NCBI GenBank assembly: GCA_044450765.1
Contig: JBIOJK010000007.1
Location: forward strand, 2,875-66,874
DNA: 64,000 bases
Origin: Myxococcota bacterium
Lineage (GTDB): Bacteria; Myxococcota_A; UBA9160; SZUA-336
Direction: 5' to 3'
In this document: positions 19,573 to 29,697 of the stretch, in pieces
Layout of the letters: every line of letters starts with the position of its first letter
Position numbering within the stretch: position 1 is the stretch's first letter
The notes under the pieces: model-generated
Database searches by the model: none
The model's input: only the letters and a program-made list of their open reading frames with translations
What the model was told of the DNA's origin: nothing
Translations under genes and position numbers: made by a program

Positions 19573-20466
19573 GTGAAGCGCCGCGCCCGGAAGCTGCCGC
19601 CGCTGAACGCGCTGCGCGCGTTCGAGGCTGCCGCGCGGCACCTCTCGTTCAAGCGCGCGGCCGAGGAGCTGCACGTCACGCAGGCCGCGGTGAGTCACCA
19701 GGTGCGCGCGCTCGAGGCGCAGCTCGGCCTCGCGCTCTTCGCGCGCCTGCACCGCGCGCTCGAGCTGACGCCGGCCGGAGCGCGCTATCTGCCGGCGCTC
19801 TCCGACGCCTTCGACCGGCTCGACGACGCGACTCACGCGCTGCGCGCGCGCCCGCGCGCGCCGCGGCTGGTGCTCAGCGTGGTGCCGTCGTTCGGGGCGA
19901 ACTGGCTGGTGCCCCGGCTGGGGCGCTTTCGCGCGCTGCACCCGGGCATCGACCTGGTGGTGCTCTCGTCGTCCGAGCTCGTCGATTTCGCGCGCGATCC
20001 GGTCGACGTCGGCGTTCGCTTCGGCTCCGGGCGGTACCCCCGGGTGCGCGCCGACCTGCTGATGGCCGAGGAGTATCTCACCGTCGCGAGTCCAAAGCTC
20101 GCCCGCGGCGGGCGACCGCTGAAGCGGCCCGCCGACCTCGCGCGACACACCCTGCTGCACGACGAGACTCACGACGCCTGGCGTGCCTGGCTCGCGAGTC
20201 GTGGCGTCGGCGGCGACGCCCCCGAGCGCGGCGTCGTGTTCTCCGACTCGAGTCAGCTGGTCGCCGCCGCGGCGGCCGGCCAGGGGGTCGCGCTCGCGCG
20301 CAAGCTGCTCGCCGATCCGTACCTGCGCGCGCGCAGCGTGGTGCGGCCGTTCAAGGGCACGATGCCGGCGGAGTTCGCCTACTTCGTGGTCTGCGCCGAG
20401 GCGCGCGCCGACGAGCCCGCGATCCGCGCGTTCCGCGAGTGGCTGATCTCCGCAGCGCGCGGCTAG
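19573..20466 (+). CDS. LysR-family transcriptional regulator
   Basis: N-terminal HTH (LNALRAFEAAARHLSFKRAAEELHVTQAAVSHQVRALE) and LysR substrate-binding domain. Divergent from the GST. Confidence 0.85.
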   Translation: MKRRARKLPPLNALRAFEAAARHLSFKRAAEELHVTQAAVSHQVRALEAQLGLALFARLHRALELTPAGARYLPALSDAFDRLDDATHALRARPRAPRLVLSVVPSFGANWLVPRLGRFRALHPGIDLVVLSSSELVDFARDPVDVGVRFGSGRYPRVRADLLMAEEYLTVASPKLARGGRPLKRPADLARHTLLHDETHDAWRAWLASRGVGGDAPERGVVFSDSSQLVAAAAAGQGVALARKLLADPYLRARSVVRPFKGTMPAEFAYFVVCAEARADEPAIRAFREWLISAARG

Positions 20467-21107
20467 CGGCCGACTTCGGAGCTCTCGATCGTCTCCGGCT
20501 CGGCTGCAGCGGCAGCGGCCCACTCGCGCATCGCGGGAAGCTGGACGAGTGACTCGGCGTAGTCGTCCTGCACGCCGTAGGTCGCGAAGCGGAACGCGAC
20601 CGGCGCGTACATCGCGTCGGCGATCGTGAAGGCGCCGAACAGGAACGGGCCACGCGAGCCCGCCTGCCGGCGGCACGCGCTCCAGATCTCGCGGACGCGC
20701 GCGACGTCCTGCTCGAGCTCCGGCGTCGACCGCACGCGCCGGCCCCGCGCGCGCACGTTCATGGGCATCTGCGCGCGGAGTGACTGGAAGCCGGAGTGCA
20801 TCTCCGCCGAGGCCGCGCGCGCCAGCGCCCGCCGCTGCGGCTCGCGCGGCCACAGCTGTCGCTCCGCGAACGAGTCGGCGAGATATTCGCAGATGGCGAG
20901 CGAGTCCCACACGTAGACGTTCTCGTGACGCAGCACCGGCACCTTGCCTGCGGGCGACCACGGGCGCACGCGGTCGGCGAACTCCGGCGAGCCGAGGGCG
21001 ACCCGCACCTCTTCGAACTCGAGCCCGCTCTGGCGCAGCGCGAGCCACGGGCGCAGCGACCACGACGAGTAGTTCTTGTTCCCGATCATCAGGGCCAGCG
21101 CGGTCAC
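20463..21107 (-). CDS. Glutathione S-transferase (YfcF/Ure2p-like)
   Basis: GST N and C domains. 214 aa. Confidence 0.75.
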   Translation of the reverse strand: MTALALMIGNKNYSSWSLRPWLALRQSGLEFEEVRVALGSPEFADRVRPWSPAGKVPVLRHENVYVWDSLAICEYLADSFAERQLWPREPQRRALARAASAEMHSGFQSLRAQMPMNVRARGRRVRSTPELEQDVARVREIWSACRRQAGSRGPFLFGAFTIADAMYAPVAFRFATYGVQDDYAESLVQLPAMREWAAAAAAEPETIESSEVGR

Positions 21108-22501
21108 GCGCTGCGCTCCGGCCGGAGCACCCAGGTCTTGAGACTCTCGCGCGGAAGCTCCGCGTCGGGCTCGAAGCCGGCGCGGCCGGCCCCGAGCGCG
21201 GAGTGAGTCGCTTCCGAGATCAACACGCCGCCGACCGGAGCGCTCTTCTGCAGGTGACCCGCGACGTCGAGCACCGGGCTGTACGCGACGCCGCTCGCCA
21301 GGTCGACGGCCGAGCGCCCCGTGTGGATTCCGATGCGCACGCGGAACGCGCGCTCGAGCAGGTTCTCGCGCGCGTTCCAGGCCGGCAGCGCGGCGAGCAG
21401 CGCGCGCGCGCAGGCCACCGCGGCGGCGGCGGAATCGAAGAACGCCATGACCTCGTCGCCGTTCGAGTTGAGGATGCGCCCGGCGTGCTCGTGCACGCGC
21501 TCGCCGATGTAGCCGCGGAAGCGCTCGAACGACACGAACACGCGCTCCGGCCGCGGCTCACTCGCCTTCAGCCCGTACGAATCCGCGATGTCGACGTCGA
21601 GGAAGCTGCCGTCGCGCACGAACTCGCGCTCGAGGCGCGCCTCGAGATCGACGCGCGCCTCCATCACGCGGCGCAGCCCGCCCTCGCCAGGAGCCGCCGC
21701 GGAGTCGTCGCTCTCGACGGCGGTGCGCGCCAGCTCGAGCCGCAGGCGCACGGCGTCGGCGAGGCTGATCTCGTCGCCGTGCGCCAGCGTGACCTCGCCC
21801 GAGACGAGCTCGCCGTTGCGCAGCGTCGGATTCGTCTGACTGCGGTTGCGCAGCACGATCCGCTCGCCCTCGCGCGCCAGCTCCGCGTGCAGGCGGGAGA
21901 CACCCGGGTCGGCGAGCACCACGTCGCAGTCCGGCTGGCGGCCGAGCCGGATCAGCTCGCCCAGCAGCGGGAAGCGCGCGCCCTGCAGCCGCCCCGGCGC
22001 CTCGAGGACGGCGATCTGGCCCCATACACCGCTGGGTGTACGGAGCACGGTGGTCTGCGCCGCGGCCTCGTCGACCCGGATGATCTCGGTGCGCTCCTCG
22101 CGCCGGCCCGGCGCCGCGGCGGCGGCCTCGCCGAGCCCGCGCACCTCGAGCGTCACGCGGCCCATGCGGATGCGGTCTCCCGGGCCGACGACGCGCCGCC
22201 GCACGGGCTCGCCGTTCACCAGAGTGGGATTCGCAGCCGTTGCCAGGTGCTCGAGCGCCCAGCCGTCGCCACCGAGCCGCAGGCGCGCCTGCCGCGCGGA
22301 CACGGAGCGGTCGCGCAGCCGCACGCGGTCCTCGCGCGCGCTCGTCTCGTCTCCGCGCCCGATCTCGACCTCGGGCCGCATGACGCTGAGCCGCGCGCCG
22401 CGATCCGCGCCCTCGACCACGATCAGCGCGAGCCACGGGCCGATGCCGGGCGCGCCAGACTCGTTCGGTTGGCGGCCGCTCCGCCGGTTCCACCAGGACA
22501 T
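21104..22501 (-). CDS. Adenylate/guanylate cyclase with two N-terminal FHA domains
   Basis: Two FHA-like segments (GR..DV......VSR.HA.L) followed by a class III cyclase domain. Confidence 0.75.
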   Translation of the reverse strand: MSWWNRRSGRQPNESGAPGIGPWLALIVVEGADRGARLSVMRPEVEIGRGDETSAREDRVRLRDRSVSARQARLRLGGDGWALEHLATAANPTLVNGEPVRRRVVGPGDRIRMGRVTLEVRGLGEAAAAAPGRREERTEIIRVDEAAAQTTVLRTPSGVWGQIAVLEAPGRLQGARFPLLGELIRLGRQPDCDVVLADPGVSRLHAELAREGERIVLRNRSQTNPTLRNGELVSGEVTLAHGDEISLADAVRLRLELARTAVESDDSAAAPGEGGLRRVMEARVDLEARLEREFVRDGSFLDVDIADSYGLKASEPRPERVFVSFERFRGYIGERVHEHAGRILNSNGDEVMAFFDSAAAAVACARALLAALPAWNARENLLERAFRVRIGIHTGRSAVDLASGVAYSPVLDVAGHLQKSAPVGGVLISEATHSALGAGRAGFEPDAELPRESLKTWVLRPERSA

Positions 22502-22593
22502 TCTCGGGCGAGTCTCCGCCGCGCCGCGCGCCCGGGTCAAGCGTGTGGTCTAATCCGGCTCGGCGGGGTCGTGCAGGCGGAGGTTCCAGGTCG

Positions 22594-23157
22594 ATGAGGC
22601 TCCTCGCGATCCCCGGCGCGCTGCGCGAGGGGTCACACAACCGGCGGCTCCTGACGCTCGCGGCGAAACTGCTCGCGGGCGCGGGCGCCGAGATCGACTG
22701 GATCGACTTCCGCGCACTGGCGATTCCGATCTACGACGGCGACGTCGAGACCAGCAGCGGTCTGCCGCCTGGCGCGCTCGAGCTCGCCCGGCGAGTCACT
22801 GCGGCCGACGGCCTCGTGATCGCGTCGCCGGAGTACAACATGTCGATGCCCGCGCTGCTGAAGAACGCGATCGACTGGCTCTCGCGCGCGAAGCCGATGC
22901 CGCTGCGCGGGAAGGGTGCCCTGCTCCTGTCCGCCTCGCCGTCGCTGGTGGGAGGCAACCGCGGCTTGTGGGCGCTGCGCGTGCCCCTCGAGGTGCTGGG
23001 CGTGCACGTGTTTCCCGACATGTTCTCGCTCGCGAGCGCGCACCAGGGCTTCAAGCCGGACGGCGAGCTCGTGGACGAAGCGCTCGCGAAGTTCCTGCGC
23101 CGAGTCGTCGATGGCTTCGTGCGAGTGACTCGCGCGATTTCGGAGAGCAAACCGTGA
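22594..23157 (+). CDS. NAD(P)H-dependent FMN reductase
   Basis: Flavodoxin-like fold. SPEYNxSxPaxLKNAIDW motif. Confidence 0.75.
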   Translation: MRLLAIPGALREGSHNRRLLTLAAKLLAGAGAEIDWIDFRALAIPIYDGDVETSSGLPPGALELARRVTAADGLVIASPEYNMSMPALLKNAIDWLSRAKPMPLRGKGALLLSASPSLVGGNRGLWALRVPLEVLGVHVFPDMFSLASAHQGFKPDGELVDEALAKFLRRVVDGFVRVTRAISESKP

Positions 23158-24068
23158 CCCAAACCCGCGCGCCGCTTTCCGCCGAGCAAGTTCTCGGCTT
23201 CCACAAGACACTCTCGAACTGGGGCCGCTTCGGCGAGCGCGACCAGCTCGGCACGCTGAACCTGATCACGCCCGAGAAGCGCCGCGCGGCTGCGCGCCTC
23301 GTCGCGTCCGGGCGCACGGTGTCGTGCGCACGGCCGCTGCCGACGCAGCCCAGCATCGAAAATCCGAATCCGGTGCAGCACCACATGATCGGCACCTGCA
23401 CCGAAGGCTGGGGCGGCGACTACTTCGCGATCGCCCCGCACGGCTTCGCGACGTCGCACATCGACGCGCTCTGTCACATCTTCCACGAGGGCAAGCTCTA
23501 CAACGGCTACCCGATCGAGAGGGTGACCGCGCACGGCGCGCTGGAGCTCGGCATCCACGAGCTGCGCGACGGCGTCGTGTCTCGCGGCGTTCTGCTCGAC
23601 GTGCCGGTGACTCGTGGCGTTCCCTACCTCGAGGCGGGTGAGCCGATCTTTCCCGACGATCTCGAGGCCGCGGAGAATCGCGCCGGGCTGCGCGTCGAGC
23701 CGGGCGACGTCCTGCTGCTGCGGACGGGCCGCTGGGCGCTGCGCGATGCGCGCGGTCCCTGGGATCCGCGTCAGTCCGCCGCGGGGCTGGACGCCTCGTG
23801 TCTCCCCTGGTTGCACGCGCGCGGCGTGGCGGCGCTCGGCTGCGACGGCGTCTCCGACGTGGTTCCGTCGCGGATCGAGGGCGTCGGCCTGCCGATTCAC
23901 TCGGTCGCCATCGTCGCGATCGGCCTGCACCTGATCGACAACCTGGACCTCGAGGCGCTCTCGAGCGCCTGCGTCGCGGAGAAGCGCTGGGAGTTTCTGC
24001 TGACGCTGGCGCCGCTCGTGCTCTTCCGCGGGACGGCGTCCCCGTTGAATCCGATCGCGCTGTTCTGA
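23154..24068 (+). CDS. Cyclase family protein (kynurenine formamidase-like)
   Basis: HxDALxH metal motif. The GTG overlaps the upstream TGA. Confidence 0.65.
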   Translation: MTQTRAPLSAEQVLGFHKTLSNWGRFGERDQLGTLNLITPEKRRAAARLVASGRTVSCARPLPTQPSIENPNPVQHHMIGTCTEGWGGDYFAIAPHGFATSHIDALCHIFHEGKLYNGYPIERVTAHGALELGIHELRDGVVSRGVLLDVPVTRGVPYLEAGEPIFPDDLEAAENRAGLRVEPGDVLLLRTGRWALRDARGPWDPRQSAAGLDASCLPWLHARGVAALGCDGVSDVVPSRIEGVGLPIHSVAIVAIGLHLIDNLDLEALSSACVAEKRWEFLLTLAPLVLFRGTASPLNPIALF

Positions 24069-24075
24069 GTCGCCG

Positions 24076-25281
24076 TTGCGCTGGCCCGACGGCTTCTTGT
24101 GGGGAACGGGCGCGTCCTCGACTCAGTGCGAGGGCGCGGCGCCGGCGTCCGACTGGCGGGACTGGGAACGCGCCGGGCGCGCGCCGGCCTCCGGCGAGGG
24201 GAACGGCTTCGCGCTGAGATATGCCGAGGACTTCGCGCTGCTCGCCGCGCTCGGCCTGCGGCATCACCGGCTGTCGATCGAGTGGGCGCGCATCGAGCCC
24301 GAGCCCGGTGTTCGCGATCCGCGCGCGGTCACTCACTACCGCGACGTGCTGCGCGCCGCGCGCGAAGCGGGCATCGTCCCCTGGGTCTGCCTGCACCACT
24401 TCACCCTGCCGCGCTGGTTCGCCGAGAGCGGCGGATTCCTGGTCGAGCGGAACCGAACCGAGTCATGGGCGAGACACGTCGCGTTCGCCGCGGAGACGTT
24501 CGGCGACCTGGTGGGCGGCTGGCAGCCGGTCAACGAGATGAACATCTATCCGCACATCGCCTACCGCGGCCAGGGCTTCCCGCCCGGGCGCAACGACCGC
24601 GCCGAGTTCGCGCTCGCATCCGAGGCGATTCACCTGGCGACCGCCGAGGCCGCCGTGCGCCTGAAGCAGACGGGCGCTCCGGTGTCTTCGATTTTCTCGC
24701 TGTCGGCGCTGGTCGCGCAGGATGACGAGGCCGCGACGCGTCACAGGCTCGCGCGGATGCGCGAGACACTCTGGCGTCCGGGCATCGACCTGTTTCGCGA
24801 GGGTGTCCTGCGGATTCCCGGGCGCGCGCCGGTCGAGCGGCCGGACCTCGCGCGCTGCTTCGATCTGATCGGCTTCTCGTACTACTCGGCGATCGGCGTG
24901 CGCGCCGGACGCCCCGCGATTCACCCGCCCGGCGCCGCGCGCTCGCCGCTCGGCTACGGGATCTGGGCCGACGGGCTCGGCCTCGTGCTCGACGACTTGC
25001 ACGCTCTGCTCCCCGGCCTGCCGCTGCTCGTCGCCGAGTTCGGCATCGGCACGGACGACGACGAGGTCCGCTCCCGCTATCTCGCGCGCGGGCTGGAGGT
25101 CGCGAACGCCGCGCTCGCGCGCGGCATCGACCTGCGCGGCTTCTTCCACTGGACGGCGGTCGACAACTACGAGTGGCTGCACGGCTACGACGTCGCGTTC
25201 GGGCTCTTCGACCGCGAGCGCGTGGTCCGGGCGAGCGCGCAGGTGCTGGCGCGCGAGGCGCGGGGAGCCGGAGCAGGCTGA
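24076..25281 (+). CDS. Glycoside hydrolase family 1-like protein
   Basis: FLWGTGASSTQCEG N-terminal signature and NEMN acid/base region. Apparent TTG start. Shorter than a typical GH1. Confidence 0.55.
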   Translation: MRWPDGFLWGTGASSTQCEGAAPASDWRDWERAGRAPASGEGNGFALRYAEDFALLAALGLRHHRLSIEWARIEPEPGVRDPRAVTHYRDVLRAAREAGIVPWVCLHHFTLPRWFAESGGFLVERNRTESWARHVAFAAETFGDLVGGWQPVNEMNIYPHIAYRGQGFPPGRNDRAEFALASEAIHLATAEAAVRLKQTGAPVSSIFSLSALVAQDDEAATRHRLARMRETLWRPGIDLFREGVLRIPGRAPVERPDLARCFDLIGFSYYSAIGVRAGRPAIHPPGAARSPLGYGIWADGLGLVLDDLHALLPGLPLLVAEFGIGTDDDEVRSRYLARGLEVANAALARGIDLRGFFHWTAVDNYEWLHGYDVAFGLFDRERVVRASAQVLAREARGAGAG

Positions 25282-25344
25282 CGTCGCCCGCAGCCTCCCC
25301 GCGCGTCGTACACATGGAGGTGTCGCGCGTGAGGGCTTAAGCTC

Positions 25345-26589
25345 GTGCACGTGGACGAGAGCGCCGCGGTTCTCGAACGAGTGTTTCGCGCCGAGTCGGG
25401 CGTGGTGCTCGGTGCCCTGCTGGCGCAGCTGCACGACTTCGACCTGGCGGAGGACGCGTTTCAGGACGCGGTCGCGTCGGCGCTCGAGCGCTGGCCGATC
25501 GACGGCGTGCCGCGCCGGCCCGGGGCTTGGCTGCTGACGGCGGCGCGGCGGAAGGCGCTCGATCGGCTGCGCCGCCGCGCGACCCGGCTCGACAAGCAGA
25601 GCGCGCTAGAGCTCGAGACCGAGCTGTCGAGCGCGCAGGAGTCAGCGCTGGACGACGAAGAGATACAGGACGAGCGACTGCGCCTGATCTTCACCTGCTG
25701 CCACCCGGCGCTCGGCCAGCATGCGCAGGTCGCGCTCACCCTGCGCACGCTCGGCGGCCTCTCGACGGCGGAGATCGCGCGCGCCTTTCTCGTCGACGAG
25801 AGCGCGATGGCGCGCCGGCTGGTGCGCGCGAAAGCGAAGCTGCGCGGGGAGCGGATCGCCTATCGCGCGCCGCCGCTCGAGCTCGTGCCGGAGCGCCGCG
25901 AAGCGGTGCTCTCGGTGATCTACCTGATCTTCAACGAGGGCTACGCCGCGAGCGCCGGTGACTCGCTCGTGCGGCGGGAGCTCGCGAGCGAGGCGATCCG
26001 CCTCGGGCGGGTGCTGGCCGAGCTCTTGCCGGGAGACACAGAAGTGCGTGGCCTGCTCGCGCTGATGCTTCTGCACGACGCGCGCCGCGACGCGCGCGTC
26101 GACGCGTCTGGCGTCGGCGTTCCGCTCGAAGAGCAGGACCGCGGGCGCTGGGACCATGCGCAGATCCGCGAGGGCAGAGCGCGCGTCGCCGAGCTCGGTC
26201 CGATCGCGGAGTCGGGCCCCTACGCCCTGCAGGCGCGGATCGCCTCGCTGCACGTCGCGGGGGAGCACTTCGGCCAGATCGATTGGCGGGCGATCGCCGC
26301 GCTCTATGACCGCTTGCTCGCGCTCGGCCGCTCGCCGGTGATCGAGCTGAACCGGGCCGTAGCGGTCGCGCTGGCCGACGGCCCCGAGGCAGGCCTACGT
26401 TTGCTCGAAGCCCGCGACCTGGCCCAGTCACTCGCCGACTATCCGCCGTATCTCGGCGCGCGCGCGGATCTGCTCCGCCGCGCGGGGCGAGCCTTCGAGG
26501 CCCGCGCCGCCTATCAGAGCGCACTCACCCTGGCCCGCACCGCTCCCGAGCGCGCTTTTCTCGCGCGGCGCCTGCGGGAGCTCCGGTGA
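25345..26589 (+). CDS. RNA polymerase sigma-70 (ECF-type) factor with long C-terminal extension
   Basis: Sigma-2 and sigma-4 regions in the first ~190 aa, then a ~220-aa helical extension. Such long ECF sigmas commonly pair with YciI/DGPF proteins. Confidence 0.75.
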   Translation: MHVDESAAVLERVFRAESGVVLGALLAQLHDFDLAEDAFQDAVASALERWPIDGVPRRPGAWLLTAARRKALDRLRRRATRLDKQSALELETELSSAQESALDDEEIQDERLRLIFTCCHPALGQHAQVALTLRTLGGLSTAEIARAFLVDESAMARRLVRAKAKLRGERIAYRAPPLELVPERREAVLSVIYLIFNEGYAASAGDSLVRRELASEAIRLGRVLAELLPGDTEVRGLLALMLLHDARRDARVDASGVGVPLEEQDRGRWDHAQIREGRARVAELGPIAESGPYALQARIASLHVAGEHFGQIDWRAIAALYDRLLALGRSPVIELNRAVAVALADGPEAGLRLLEARDLAQSLADYPPYLGARADLLRRAGRAFEARAAYQSALTLARTAPERAFLARRLRELR

Positions 26590-26596
26590 TCGACTC

Positions 26597-27397
26597 ATGA
26601 CCCCCGAGCTCGCCGCGCTGATTGGATTCGTCCTCCTGCCGATCGCGTGCGTCGCGCTCGAGAGGCTCTGGCCGTCGGTGCGGGGCAGGCCGTGGATTCG
26701 CGCGGGCGCTGCCTCGGACGCCGTCTGGTACGTCGTCGAGGCCTACGTCGCGCGCCTGCTCGCGCCGTGGGCGACTTACTTCGCGCTGGTCCCCGTGATG
26801 GCCGCGTACCGGATGACCGCCGGCGAGTTCTACTCCGGCTTCGGCCGGGCCGGCGCGATCCCGTTCTGGTGGCAGGTGCCGATCGTGTTCGTGCTCGCCG
26901 ACTTTCTCTCGTACTGGCAGCACCGGCTCTTCCACACGCGCGCGCTCTGGCCGATCCACGCGGTGCACCACTCGTCGACGGAGGTCGACTGGCTGAGCTC
27001 CGGGCGCTTCCATCCGCTCAACGAGATCGGCGCCCAGCTCGTCTACGTCGCGCCCGTGCTCGCGTGCGGCTTTCACCCGTACACGTTTCTGGTGCTCGCG
27101 CCGTTCACGACCTGGTACGTGGTCCTGCTGCACGCGAACCTCGGCTGGACGCTCGGGCCGCTCCGCGGGCTGATCGCGAGCCCCGTGTTCCACCGCTGGC
27201 ACCACACCCGGGCCGAAGAGGGGCTCGACAAGAACTTCGGCGGAATCCTCGCGCTCTGGGACGTCGCTTTCGGGACATACTTCATGCCGGAAGGGCGTGT
27301 CGCGACGAGCTTCGGCTCGAGTGAGCCGGTTCCGCCGGGATTCACGGCACAGCTGGTCTATCCGTTCAAGGTGCTGACTCGGTCCAAGTGGGTTTAG
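26597..27397 (+). CDS. Sterol desaturase / fatty acid hydroxylase family protein
   Basis: His boxes HRLFH, HAVHH and HRWHH in a 4-TM protein. Confidence 0.7.
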   Translation: MTPELAALIGFVLLPIACVALERLWPSVRGRPWIRAGAASDAVWYVVEAYVARLLAPWATYFALVPVMAAYRMTAGEFYSGFGRAGAIPFWWQVPIVFVLADFLSYWQHRLFHTRALWPIHAVHHSSTEVDWLSSGRFHPLNEIGAQLVYVAPVLACGFHPYTFLVLAPFTTWYVVLLHANLGWTLGPLRGLIASPVFHRWHHTRAEEGLDKNFGGILALWDVAFGTYFMPEGRVATSFGSSEPVPPGFTAQLVYPFKVLTRSKWV

Positions 27398-27409
27398 ACT
27401 GTCTGGCGT

Positions 27410-27859
27410 ATGCTGCACGGCTCGATCAACCATGTCTCGATCACGGTCTCGGATCTGCCGCGCGCAATGGGATTCTTTGCGCCGCTGCTCGAGTTCCTCG
27501 GATACGATGTGGGTCAGACATTTCACGACGGTCGCTCGGGTCATGATCTCACCGTGAACATCAACCGGTCGAACGGAACCGCGCTCAACGTCTGGCAGGC
27601 GGAAGCGGATCTCGCCGAGCATCGCTTCGAGGTCTACGAGCCCGGTCTGCACCATGTCGCATTCAACGTGGAGAGACACGAGCAGGTCGACGCGGCGCAC
27701 GAGCTCGTCCGCCGGCTCGGTGGCCAGATCCTCGACGGGCCCGCTGAATTCCCGTTCGGACCCGGCGGCTACTACGCCTTCTACTTCCTCGGTCCGGATC
27801 GCATGAAGTTCGAGATCGTCCACATGCCGCTTGCGGAGAAGAGGGCGAAGGAACGCTAG
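27410..27859 (+). CDS. VOC (glyoxalase/bleomycin-resistance) family protein
   Basis: Two beta-alpha-beta-beta-beta modules. HVSITV and HVAF motifs. Confidence 0.7.
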   Translation: MLHGSINHVSITVSDLPRAMGFFAPLLEFLGYDVGQTFHDGRSGHDLTVNINRSNGTALNVWQAEADLAEHRFEVYEPGLHHVAFNVERHEQVDAAHELVRRLGGQILDGPAEFPFGPGGYYAFYFLGPDRMKFEIVHMPLAEKRAKER

Positions 27860-27877
27860 TCGGGATCGGAGGTTCTC

Positions 27878-28282
27878 TTGCAGCGAACAGCACGATGCTC
27901 CTGTGGCTCACTGCGGGTCACTGCTTCGGGGGAGCCGGCCAGCGTCGTGGCTTGCCACTGTCTGGAGTGCCAGCGCCGAACCGGATCCGTCTTCGGGGTC
28001 GGTGCGTACTATCCGGAAGGGCAAGTCGCGATCTCGGGCGTCTCCAAGCAGTTCGCGCGTCCCACGGAGTCAGGCAACGACTTCACGACTCACTTCTGTC
28101 CGTCTTGCGGGTCTTCGGTGTATTGGAGCTCGGGAAAGAATCCCGGACTCGTCGGGGTGGCCGTGGGAGCGTTCGGCGACGCGTCGTTCCCGCAGCCGGG
28201 TCGCTCGGTCTGGGAGCGTTCGATGCACGCGTGGGTCGAGATCGCCATCGCCCAGCAGCACTTTCCGAAGGGGCGGGTCTAG
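27878..28282 (+). CDS. GFA family protein (glutathione-dependent formaldehyde-activating / CENP-V-like)
   Basis: CxC...CHCxxC zinc motifs (RCSCGSL, CHCLECQRRTG, FCPSCGS). GGAGG RBS 8 bp upstream of the TTG. Confidence 0.75.
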   Translation: MQRTARCSCGSLRVTASGEPASVVACHCLECQRRTGSVFGVGAYYPEGQVAISGVSKQFARPTESGNDFTTHFCPSCGSSVYWSSGKNPGLVGVAVGAFGDASFPQPGRSVWERSMHAWVEIAIAQQHFPKGRV

Positions 28283-29670
28283 GAAGCCCTTCTCGCCTTC
28301 AGCGCGTGTCCGGCGAGTGTCTTGCCGAGATCCCAGATCGAGCCCGGCACCTTGTGAGTGTCGGCGATCACCTGGTCGCACGCGCTGCGGATCCAGCGGC
28401 GGTCGTCTTCGGAGATCACGAGCGGCGGCAGGAACTTCACGACGTTGCAGCCGTGACCCGCGACCTGCGACAGGATCCGGTGGTTCTTGAACAGCGGGAT
28501 CGTGATCATCTGGCTGAACAGGCCCGGCTGCGCAGCTTCGAGGAGCTTCCACGCGGCGCGTAGCGAGAGACTCTTCGGCTCGCCGAACTCGAGCGCGATC
28601 ATCATGCCCTTGCCGCGGACCTCTTTGAGAAACTCGTGCTTCTCGATCAGGCCGCGCAGGTCGCAGATCAGCGACTCGCCGAGCTTCGAGGCGTGCTCGA
28701 CGAGATTCTCTTCCTTGAGCACGCGCAGGGTCGCGATGCCCGCCGCCATCGCGAGGTTGTTCTTGGAGAAGGTCGAGCCGTGGATCGGGGAGCGGATCAT
28801 CGAGCTGAACAGCTTGTCGAAGACGTCCTTGCGCATGCCGACCGCGCCCACGGGCACAAAGCCGCCCGACAGCGCCTTCGCCATGAGGATCATGTCGGGC
28901 TCGGCGTTCCAGTGATTCACGGCCCACATGCGGCCCGTGCGCCCCAGGCCGGTCTGCACCTCGTCAGCGACGAAGAGAGTCCCGTGCTGCCGACAAAGTC
29001 GCGCCGCCTCGCGCAGATAGTCGGGACCGGCGACGTGCACGCCGTGGCCCTGGATCGGCTCGACGATGAACGCGGCGACGTCGCGCTTCGCGAGCGCCGC
29101 CTCGAGCGCGGGCAGGTCGTTGAACGGAATCCGGCGACAGCCCGGGAGCATCGGGCCGAAGCCCTCCTGGAAGATGTCGTCGCCGTTCAGCGAGACCGCC
29201 CCCATCGTGAGTCCGTGAAACGCGTGCTCGCAGTAGACGAGGCCTTCGCGGCGCGTGGCGTAGCGCGCGAACTTGATCGCCGCCTCCACCGCCTCGGTGC
29301 CGGAGTTGCAGAAGAACACCTTGTCGAGCCCGCCCGGGAACGTGGGCACGAGTCTCTCGGCGAGGATCCCCGCCAGGAGTGACACGTCCATCTGCACCAG
29401 GCTCGGCAGCTCGCCCTCGAGCACCTCGCGCAGGGCCGCCACGATCGCCGGGTGATTGCGGCCGACCGCGAAGACGCCGTAGCCGGACAAGAGGTCCAGA
29501 TACCGGTTGCCCTCGTCGTCCCATAGATAGGGACCTTCGGCCTTCGCGTAGCGCCGATCGAAGCCGATCGTGCGCAACACGCGCGCGTGTTGAGTGTTCA
29601 AATAGCGCTCGTGGAGCGCGAAGCTCTCGCCGCGCCGCTGCGCCAGGAGTTCGAGCAGGCTCTCGGACAT
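28279..29670 (-). CDS. Class III (aspartate aminotransferase family) PLP-dependent aminotransferase
   Basis: The DEVQTGLGRTG motif matches the DExQ(T/V)G consensus of the acetylornithine/GABA aminotransferase family and is not a direct PLP-Lys motif. 463 aa. Confidence 0.85.
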   Translation of the reverse strand: MSESLLELLAQRRGESFALHERYLNTQHARVLRTIGFDRRYAKAEGPYLWDDEGNRYLDLLSGYGVFAVGRNHPAIVAALREVLEGELPSLVQMDVSLLAGILAERLVPTFPGGLDKVFFCNSGTEAVEAAIKFARYATRREGLVYCEHAFHGLTMGAVSLNGDDIFQEGFGPMLPGCRRIPFNDLPALEAALAKRDVAAFIVEPIQGHGVHVAGPDYLREAARLCRQHGTLFVADEVQTGLGRTGRMWAVNHWNAEPDMILMAKALSGGFVPVGAVGMRKDVFDKLFSSMIRSPIHGSTFSKNNLAMAAGIATLRVLKEENLVEHASKLGESLICDLRGLIEKHEFLKEVRGKGMMIALEFGEPKSLSLRAAWKLLEAAQPGLFSQMITIPLFKNHRILSQVAGHGCNVVKFLPPLVISEDDRRWIRSACDQVIADTHKVPGSIWDLGKTLAGHALKARRAS

Positions 29671-29697
29671 TCGGATCCCTTCCGATCGACTTCGTTC

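Noticed and set aside
18733-21063. 776-aa minus-strand ORF spanning the GST, LysR and GST genes
   Set aside because: Antisense or out-of-frame GC artefact (Arg/Ala/Gly-rich, no domains). The region is fully explained by three genes with clear family signatures.
20780-22640. 605-aa plus-strand and 360-aa minus-strand ORFs overlapping the FHA-cyclase gene
   Set aside because: Low-complexity Arg/Ala-rich translations. The cyclase frame carries FHA and catalytic motifs.
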